The notes below the pieces were generated by a model. It ran no database searches and was not told the DNA's origin. It was given only the letters and a program-made list of their open reading frames with translations. DNA of 64,000 nucleotides, from NCBI GenBank assembly GCA_032128875.1, contig JAVLKG010000003.1:513008-577007 (forward strand), given 5' to 3'. Below, piece after piece: positions 57,051 through 64,000 of this stretch; within the stretch, counting starts at the first letter, position 1, and each line of letters starts with the position of its first letter. The DNA comes from Candidatus Melainabacteria bacterium 17Bon1m. GTDB taxonomy: Bacteria; Cyanobacteriota; Vampirovibrionia; Obscuribacterales; Obscuribacteraceae. The position numbers were made by a program, and so were the translations under genes.

Positions 57051-59297
57051 CTAGTACCAATATGGAGTTTGTTTAGTCCAAACGTTTCCCTTATATTTCG
57101 AATGGAGAGTGACAAACATCTGTTTAGATAGCTTTGTGGTGGCGTCATCGGTGGCGCCGTAACGCGTGCACTTTATCGCGTAGTGTAGTGCTTCGGGCAC
57201 TCGTGGGTCGGCTGGGTGCTTTTGCGCGTATGCCAGCACAATCTTTGCAAAGTAATTGGGAGCTGTCTCAACTTTGGCGAGTTTTGCCAGCTGCGTGGTA
57301 GCTTGTGCTCTCTGCGCTGACGTTAGAAACAGTGGATCGAAAGGTTCATCATCGGAAGATGAGTCCGAATCATCATCACTGTTGCTCGTTGTGATTTTGC
57401 GAACAGGGCTGGCTCCCCACCACCATCCGCTTGAATCCCCGTAGTCGTCATCCATCAACTGTCCGCTGGCCGCATTCGGCTCCGCAGATGAGAAGTGAAG
57501 CATTAACAGTGCTGCTGCGAATTTTCGATCTTCGGGAGTCGTCGCTGCGAGATAAGAGGTAAAGAATTTAGACTTCGCTTTGTTGAGCGGTGAAGCAATT
57601 GCTGCCAAGTTTTTTGCTTCGGCTTCGTCACCGACTAGAACTGCTCGAACCCAAGATGTCCATGCCACGTTGTTGCGCAAGTTTGCTGGAACTTGCTTGT
57701 TTGTAGCGACTTGGCGCAAGACACTCAGAGGAAATTTGTTGGTAAGAACATTACCAGCCAATGTTGTGAAGGTCGGTGGTGTTTTCCCTTTGCCCTTCAA
57801 ATCATCCTCTTCATCAGGCATTTCCGGAACACCGCCGTCACTGCAAATTGCCAGCGGTTTTTGAATGCCATATTTCAAAAACTCATCCAAGTTTGCAGAT
57901 AGCGGTAGTCGCATCAACTTGAGCGAATTGAGTGCTCCGGCAGGCAGTTCGGCCGGTGGAGCGGAAAGAACTTTGTCTAGTGAGGCTTTAACCGATGCGT
58001 CTTTGCTTTGTCCGGATTCAAGGCGAATGATGTGATAGAAGAGCGTCCACTTCGCATAGGGAGATTTGTCGGCTCGTGCTGCTGCGATTAATTGATTCGC
58101 GTGTTGATCTTCGGCATCCACCCCTGTAATGGCTGCCACCAACCACGCTGTCGATTTCGTTTCTTTCCAGCGGGCAAGAGCGTGTTTTGTGCTTGCCTCA
58201 TCGGTCGCTTGGAAGGTCAAAATCCAGTCGATCATCTCATTTTTTTTGAGGTTTTCCGGCACTTTGCTGTAAGTCACTTCGGTTGCCGAATTGTCGGGGT
58301 CGAGGTAATTGTCTAGGGTTTTGGTGATCTCTTCGATGGTCTGTTGGTCAAATTTCTCCGTAGCCAATTTGTTCAGATGCGCGTCCGGTGAAATTCTAAC
58401 GGCTATAAAATTCGCCAGAGACTGAAGATCTTCCTTGAGGGTCGCATACGATGGATTTGCAATCAGATGCTGGATCTTCTGCCCGGCTTGTTCGAGCAAG
58501 TTTTTATTTGTTTCCTTTGCAAGAGTTGCTTGGCGTATCATCGAACGAGTCGCTAAATATCCAGCCATCTCTTTCCATTTCGAGTTTGCATCAGCTGCTA
58601 TAGCTTCAAAATCTCTACGCGCGGTATCGAAATTTTGCGCATAAAAATTAGCTGCAGCAATTTGATAGGCTCGCTCTTGTTTGCAGGTTGCGTCTGCACT
58701 TTCCGGCAGTGGTTTTGGAATTTTAGCTTCAGGCACCTTGTCGGAATATCTCGGGCTGCCGCAATTTGAAAAAACTTCGTCTTGTGCGGCGACCCATTCC
58801 TTCACTTGCGCAGAACCGATGCCATATTTTTCGATCATGCTCTTAAGCGTTTTGGCGGCAGTTTCGAAAGCGCTTGTTTGTGCATTGCAATAAGACTCGT
58901 ATGAGTTCTCTTTGCTCACTGGTCGTTCTGTATCAATTGTTTCAATCTTGCTGACACCCGGAACGGTGGCGCGCAATTTGATCCAACTTTCTGTATTGCC
59001 GGCGCAGTCTGAAGAAGTTGCTTGGAGGCGTTGGTCCCAAAGTTGTTCAAAACCCTTCTGCTCATCTGTGGTGAGAGGTTTGTTGTTCAAGTAGCGATAT
59101 GCTGCCATCAGGTATGAGCGCGCATATGTGTTTTTCAAAATTCCCAATTGGCCTGCAGCGTATTTATCCATTGGAAAATCAGGATGCAACGTGTAGGTCC
59201 AGTATGGATTGCTGCCAAACGCGCACGTATTTCCTGGCAGCGTGTTTACGTTAAACATGAACGCCAGTGACAGAGCAATTGCAATTGTTTTTTTCAT
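57051..59297 (-). CDS. large secreted alpha-helical hypothetical protein
   Basis: 748 aa; signal peptide; C-terminal HPADPRVPEALH...TPYWY; 4-bp overlap with upstream gene. Confidence 0.85.
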   Translation of the reverse strand: MKKTIAIALSLAFMFNVNTLPGNTCAFGSNPYWTYTLHPDFPMDKYAAGQLGILKNTYARSYLMAAYRYLNNKPLTTDEQKGFEQLWDQRLQATSSDCAGNTESWIKLRATVPGVSKIETIDTERPVSKENSYESYCNAQTSAFETAAKTLKSMIEKYGIGSAQVKEWVAAQDEVFSNCGSPRYSDKVPEAKIPKPLPESADATCKQERAYQIAAANFYAQNFDTARRDFEAIAADANSKWKEMAGYLATRSMIRQATLAKETNKNLLEQAGQKIQHLIANPSYATLKEDLQSLANFIAVRISPDAHLNKLATEKFDQQTIEEITKTLDNYLDPDNSATEVTYSKVPENLKKNEMIDWILTFQATDEASTKHALARWKETKSTAWLVAAITGVDAEDQHANQLIAAARADKSPYAKWTLFYHIIRLESGQSKDASVKASLDKVLSAPPAELPAGALNSLKLMRLPLSANLDEFLKYGIQKPLAICSDGGVPEMPDEEDDLKGKGKTPPTFTTLAGNVLTNKFPLSVLRQVATNKQVPANLRNNVAWTSWVRAVLVGDEAEAKNLAAIASPLNKAKSKFFTSYLAATTPEDRKFAAALLMLHFSSAEPNAASGQLMDDDYGDSSGWWWGASPVRKITTSNSDDDSDSSSDDEPFDPLFLTSAQRAQATTQLAKLAKVETAPNYFAKIVLAYAQKHPADPRVPEALHYAIKCTRYGATDDATTKLSKQMFVTLHSKYKGNVWTKQTPYWY

Positions 59298-60100
59298 AGT
59301 ACGCCCAGCAACGATTTGACCGCCTGAATTTTTTTAGGGGTCCACGCTGTTTTGGTGAAAACATAGACCCGCACAGGAATTTTACGCCTCTGTGCAATGG
59401 GGATCATTAGTTCGTTAACGCTGGTATCTTCCAATGACAAGCCAAGCGATCGGTTCGCTCGCTCTTCTAAAAAGTCATGATGTTTCTGAAAGTAGCGCAG
59501 TACCTTCTCCCGTTCGCGCCCAAGGCTGAACATCATGGGCACCGCTTCGTCGATTGGCAAGTCCTTAATCCAGTTGTCAAACAGGCACCAGGATGCCAGT
59601 GCCGTAATTGAAATCGGCATTGTGGACGGGAGCGTCTTCCTTAGGTGTTCGAGCAACGCTCGGTAAAACGGACGCTCTGATTGGAGTGCATCGAAGTCAA
59701 TCTGAAGCGCCGCTGCGTTTGGAACACTCGCCGCTTTCTGGATGTGCCAGGCAACTTTGTCAATTTGTTGACTGGACAATTCTGGCTTTTGGCGCCTAAT
59801 GACGTCGATTCTAACGGTCGGAACCACAACTGTGTGCGGTGGGACCTTGAGTGGTTGATTTCTTGTTTCCCACTTGATCTTGTCACCATCAATAAACACA
59901 TGGCACGCGAGATAAGCGACTCCAAATTGATGTGGATCAATGTCCGAAAGATCTTCCGCTCGCTTCCAAGCCCAGAGGATTTTATTGGGTGTGTTTATCT
60001 GAAGCGAGGGTTTTGAAGCAGATCTTTCCGCAGCGGTTGCTTGCAATTGCAAGAGCAGTGCGGATGCAATAATAGTTGCGAAGACGGTGGGGAAGCGCAT
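59294..60100 (-). CDS. DUF3142-like secreted TIM-barrel protein
   Basis: LQIDFDA, Y..LL..LR, SITALASW, DEAVPMMF. Confidence 0.75.
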   Translation of the reverse strand: MRFPTVFATIIASALLLQLQATAAERSASKPSLQINTPNKILWAWKRAEDLSDIDPHQFGVAYLACHVFIDGDKIKWETRNQPLKVPPHTVVVPTVRIDVIRRQKPELSSQQIDKVAWHIQKAASVPNAAALQIDFDALQSERPFYRALLEHLRKTLPSTMPISITALASWCLFDNWIKDLPIDEAVPMMFSLGREREKVLRYFQKHHDFLEERANRSLGLSLEDTSVNELMIPIAQRRKIPVRVYVFTKTAWTPKKIQAVKSLLGVL

Positions 60101-60611
60101 TGCAGTATGAGAGCGAGAGCCATAGTATGATGTCACACTATGCTCAAAATCTCGCGTTTGGCACACTGATTTTGTCGGGAAGATCGTGGATAAATCAGTT
60201 ACATCGCAGCAGAAAATGCTGTGAGATTTCTGCTTCAGTTGGACGAGTCAGCAGGCGAGTCGCGCTTCTATTTATCTCGTAAGCTTCGCGCAAAATGTTT
60301 TTTCCGTTTGGTTGGCGCTTGTAAAGATAACGCGGTAAGGCGCCTGGTAAGCCAAATCTAGAAGTGGCTGCCGACTTGCCTTGGTACGATTACGGCTCCC
60401 CCGGCTGTGTGAGCTCTTGTCGGAAAAACGTGGCCGATAGGTATAGGTGACATTCCGGCTCATGCTGTGGGAATCCATAGCGAAATCTTATCCAAACCAT
60501 AGATTGCAAATTCGCATATCTATACTATAGTTTCTTCTAGGCAACGACAGCAGTCCTATTCGAGTGAGTTAGGAGCTGGCGCGGGCTTCGCGTGGAGAAA
60601 TTTAGCAGGCG

Positions 60612-61013
60612 ATGATGAAGAAGGCCGGCGTAATTTGGGAGCCTCTGATTGATGCGGTTGTCGATGCCAGCTGGAACAACCGCCATGGCAAGGCGGCGAA
60701 GGTTGTAAAAACCTTACTGAAGGCAATGCGCGATACGCGCGGTGCGACTTCATCGCACTCAGAATTGATGAAAGCGTTCTATCGTCTGATCGATTTCTAT
60801 TGCATGGAGAATGACTACGAGAAGGCGCACGGGCTGTGTGAGACACTGTTAAAGGCGCAACAAGATATGTTTGGAACAAACGATCCGCGTCTCATGGATA
60901 CGTTGATACGAATCGCAAAAATCAATCAGTTGCGTAAGTCGGCTGAAATTGGCTCTTCTCAAAAGAGCTGTACAGCATCAGCAGAATTCACTGCGCAAGC
61001 ACTGTCCGCATAG
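60612..61013 (+). CDS. small TPR-like helical protein
   Basis: RLIDFYCMENDYEKAHGL...FGTNDPRL resembles TPR_10/12 units. Confidence 0.6.
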   Translation: MMKKAGVIWEPLIDAVVDASWNNRHGKAAKVVKTLLKAMRDTRGATSSHSELMKAFYRLIDFYCMENDYEKAHGLCETLLKAQQDMFGTNDPRLMDTLIRIAKINQLRKSAEIGSSQKSCTASAEFTAQALSA

Positions 61014-61229
61014 CCGCAAAACAGAATTTCGAAAAGGTTTCTTGACCCCCACAGGCTCGCATTGCCACCACAGGTAGTGCGAGCCTTTTATTTGTCCATG
61101 GTTCTGGAGCTCGCGTGCGGGCTGTCAAGCATCGACTGGTTAAGTTTAAGTGACGTCATTTATAGTTATTCTCTCCTCAACCTGTGGCACGAACTCTTTG
61201 TGACGCCAATCACCGTGGAGGTTTTTCAA

Positions 61230-62045
61230 ATGCGCGCAAGCCTGGCAATGGTATTCCTGAGCAGCTTTATGTTTCTTGCAGGGAATCCCTCACTAGCGGC
61301 TGATAACGAAGCGGCGACAGCAGCTAGTGTCACAAAGCCGGTTGAAGCGGCAGCTCCTCCGGCGGCTACTTCTCCAACCTCATCGCCTCAGACCGGCTCG
61401 TCTCCTGCGGTGGTGCCGAGCGGATCAGCAACCGATACAGCTGCCACTTCCGCGCCCTCAAGTACGCAAAGTGGAACACCGCCTGTAGCAGAGCCGGCAT
61501 CCGCTGCCGCAGGCGCTGCGGCCCTTGAGCCTCACAAAAGGCCTGTGCCGGATGGCTACGCGGCTGCCGCCGAGCTGTTCAAGGCGAGGAAGTTTGCCCA
61601 GGCTCAAAAGGAATTCGAAGCGATTGTCACCACCGGCACAGCAGATATCAACACTCACCTCTGTCTGGCGCATTGCTATCTCCAGCAAAAGATTTATTCA
61701 AAAGCCGTTAAGGAATTCGACCTGCTCAGCAAGCATGCCAAAAACAGCATGAGTCTGCAAAAGAGTTGCGCCCAAACCGCAACTTCCCTACGCAACGCAA
61801 TGAGAGGAATTTGCCCAGCTAATTGTCTTAAAGGGCACGACCCTCGCTGGACGCTCAAAGCGGGCAATAAAGTTATTCTGGTCCCCCATAACGGCGGTGG
61901 CTACGACACTCTGACCCCTAACGACATCGGTCATTTGATTGTCTATGAACACGGTAATGTCGTAGTCAAAGGTACTTGCCCTGTTTGCGAAGGAACGACC
62001 GAAGTTCCTGTGCTCAAAGACGGCGGACCCATGCCACGCATTTGA
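61230..62045 (+). CDS. secreted P/S/A/T-linker + TPR + Cys-motif protein (paralog A)
   Basis: GGAGG SD; signal peptide; low-complexity linker; TPR; CPANC...CPVC. Confidence 0.8.
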   Translation: MRASLAMVFLSSFMFLAGNPSLAADNEAATAASVTKPVEAAAPPAATSPTSSPQTGSSPAVVPSGSATDTAATSAPSSTQSGTPPVAEPASAAAGAAALEPHKRPVPDGYAAAAELFKARKFAQAQKEFEAIVTTGTADINTHLCLAHCYLQQKIYSKAVKEFDLLSKHAKNSMSLQKSCAQTATSLRNAMRGICPANCLKGHDPRWTLKAGNKVILVPHNGGGYDTLTPNDIGHLIVYEHGNVVVKGTCPVCEGTTEVPVLKDGGPMPRI

Positions 62046-62084
62046 TATTGTCCAAATCGTTTTCAAAGAACAAAGGAGACTGAA

Positions 62085-63017
62085 TTGAAAAGGCAACTTT
62101 TCTCTGTGTTACTTTCTTTTTGTTTTGTCGCCGGGAGCTCCGGTTTGGCAAAGGGGACATCGGAGGGCGCGAAGATAACAACTAAGCCGAAGCTGTTGGT
62201 GCCGACGCTTCCCCCTCCAACGGCTGATTGGCCTGAGGTCCCGCCATCAGCGAGTAGTCCTTCTGGCACTGGTCCAAGCTCTGCTGCAAGCCCAAACCCA
62301 GCTCAGAACCCCTCTGAGCCAGCGGCGACGACAACAACTCCTTCCTCTGAAGCGCCCGCAGCTGCTCCAACCAATGTTTCTCCGCCTGTTGTTTCGCCAA
62401 CGGGTTCGGAATTGCCTTCCAGTTCTAACATTGCTCCGCAAACCGATGCTGCTGCCGTTTCACCTCCGGCAGTCGAACAGTCTCCAGCGCAAATGGAGCC
62501 GCACAAACGGCCAGTCCCGGCTGCCTATGCGGCGGCTGCGGAATTATACAAACAGAAAAAGTTTCCTCAGGCGGCAAAGGCATTTGAAGCGATCATCCAG
62601 TCTGGCGTCGCCAACGTTGATACCCACTTGTCTCTGGCGTATTGCTATCTGCTTCAGCGCCTGTATTCTAAGGCGGTCAAAGAATTTGAATGGGTGGCGA
62701 AGTACGGCAAGAACAGCATGACTTTGCAAAGGCAGTGTGGTCAAACGGCGAGTTCGCTGCGTACATATATGGCCGGCGTCTGCCCTGCGCCATGCCTGAA
62801 AGCGAACGATCCGCGTTGGTTTCTTAAGCCTGACGGAAAGCACTGGATCTCTGTTAGTTATTCTAGAAAAGCGACCTGGATTTTTAGCGAAAATCATATC
62901 GGCGAGTATGTTGCCAACGAAAATGGGATTCCCGTTCTTAAAGGCACTTGCCCCGTATGTGGTGGCACTGGTCGTGTGAAAATATTGAAAGACGGCGATC
63001 CCGCACCGAGGATTTAG
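62085..63017 (+). CDS. secreted P/S/A/T-linker + TPR + Cys-motif protein (paralog B)
   Basis: AAGGAG SD with TTG start; same architecture; CPAPC...CPVC. Confidence 0.8.
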   Translation: MKRQLFSVLLSFCFVAGSSGLAKGTSEGAKITTKPKLLVPTLPPPTADWPEVPPSASSPSGTGPSSAASPNPAQNPSEPAATTTTPSSEAPAAAPTNVSPPVVSPTGSELPSSSNIAPQTDAAAVSPPAVEQSPAQMEPHKRPVPAAYAAAAELYKQKKFPQAAKAFEAIIQSGVANVDTHLSLAYCYLLQRLYSKAVKEFEWVAKYGKNSMTLQRQCGQTASSLRTYMAGVCPAPCLKANDPRWFLKPDGKHWISVSYSRKATWIFSENHIGEYVANENGIPVLKGTCPVCGGTGRVKILKDGDPAPRI

Positions 63018-63037
63018 CGGTTACAGTTGAGGATAAT

Positions 63038-64000
63038 ATGAAAAGCGAAACTGTTAAAAAGAAATCCGTCCAGAGAATACCCGGACTTGTATTGATTGGT
63101 CACTATTTCGAAGTACCGCTCGATTACGAAAAACCTTCTGGAAAAAAGATCACAGTTTTCGCGCGTGAAGTTCGTTCAACCGAAAATGCTGAGAAAGACG
63201 ACATGCCCTTTCTAGTGTATTTGCAGGGCGGGCCGGGCTTTCAATCTCCTCGCCCTGAAAGCAATGGCGGCTGGCTGAAACGCGCACTCAAAGACTATCG
63301 CGTTCTTCTATTAGATCAGCGAGGAACAGGTTTGAGCACCCCGGTTACGCATCAAACGATGAAAGGGTTTGGTGATGTTTCTGCCCAAGTGGAATACCTG
63401 AAAAATTTTCGTGCCGACAACATCGTGCGCGACTGTGAGTATATTCGCAAATCACTAAATCATGGAAAAAAGTGGTCGGTGCTCGGACAGAGCTATGGCG
63501 GCTTTTGCATTACAACGTATTTGTCGATGCATCCGGAAGGGCTTGAAGGCGCTATCTTGACGGGTGGATTTGCTCCGCTTGTGGATGATCCCGATGAAGT
63601 TTATCGCGCATGCTACACGAGACTAATCGAAAAGAATGAGCAGTTTTATGAGCGCTTCCCGGAAGATGCAGAAATTGTTTCGCGCATAGTAAAACATCTG
63701 CAATCAAATGATGTTCAATTGCCGTGCGGGGAAACGCTCACACCAAGGCGTTTTCTGGAGCTCGGGATTAACTTTGGATTTAAGTGTTCGGGTCATTCGA
63801 TGAACACGATCCACTATCTTCTGGAAAGTGCCTTTGTTCCAAATACGACATTTGAAACTCTGTCGTTCGCGTTCTTACGCGGGATTGAGAATTTGATGGA
63901 TTTCAACACTAATCCTATTTATTCACTTTTGCATGAAGCCATCTACTGTCAGGGGCATGCCTCTCATTGGTCCGCAGACCGCATAATCAAAGAGTTTCCG
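63038..64000 (+). CDS. proline iminopeptidase-like alpha/beta hydrolase (3'-truncated by window)
   Basis: Manual translation: FEVPLDY, YLQGGPG, LLDQRGTGLS, LGQSYGGF nucleophile motif; not in ORF track. Confidence 0.88.
   Translation, partial: MKSETVKKKSVQRIPGLVLIGHYFEVPLDYEKPSGKKITVFAREVRSTENAEKDDMPFLVYLQGGPGFQSPRPESNGGWLKRALKDYRVLLLDQRGTGLSTPVTHQTMKGFGDVSAQVEYLKNFRADNIVRDCEYIRKSLNHGKKWSVLGQSYGGFCITTYLSMHPEGLEGAILTGGFAPLVDDPDEVYRACYTRLIEKNEQFYERFPEDAEIVSRIVKHLQSNDVQLPCGETLTPRRFLELGINFGFKCSGHSMNTIHYLLESAFVPNTTFETLSFAFLRGIENLMDFNTNPIYSLLHEAIYCQGHASHWSADRIIKEFP

Overview
Bacterial chromosomal window of about 55 CDS and 2 tRNAs, with no integrase, transposase, prophage, rRNA or CRISPR array seen. 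Several genes are cyanobacterial in style (RecG N-terminal extension, HAS-barrel HerA, NTF2-family protein, Rcp1-like receiver), but there are no photosynthesis genes and many secreted TPR proteins. By inference this points to a non-photosynthetic cyanobacterial relative (Melainabacteria/Vampirovibrionia). Bases ~1.7-41 kb are mostly housekeeping: rpsU (missed by the ORF track), EF-G-like, aspS, comM, lysC, murA, HerA, tRNA-Leu, RluD-like, lspA, mdh, GH38, cobS, lipA, tpiA, tRNA-Ser, prfA-prmC-hslO, two mglA paralogs around rpmB, and recG. Bases 41-64 kb hold mostly accessory envelope and signalling genes. The best candidate for a new system is at 48.3-50.6 kb: a PatA-like putrescine aminotransferase fused to a 93-aa histone-H1-like tail (40 Lys, no acidic residues). 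It sits behind a ~300-nt highly structured leader with a candidate operator, a basic 12-aa uORF and a candidate anti-SD switch. Other notable items are the MglB-less MglA pair, a secreted 33-aa helical-repeat protein, a TIM-barrel protein with rewired metal ligands, tandem FixL-like PAS domains and two pairs of diverged secreted paralogs. All family calls are by motif recognition by eye; no searches were run.
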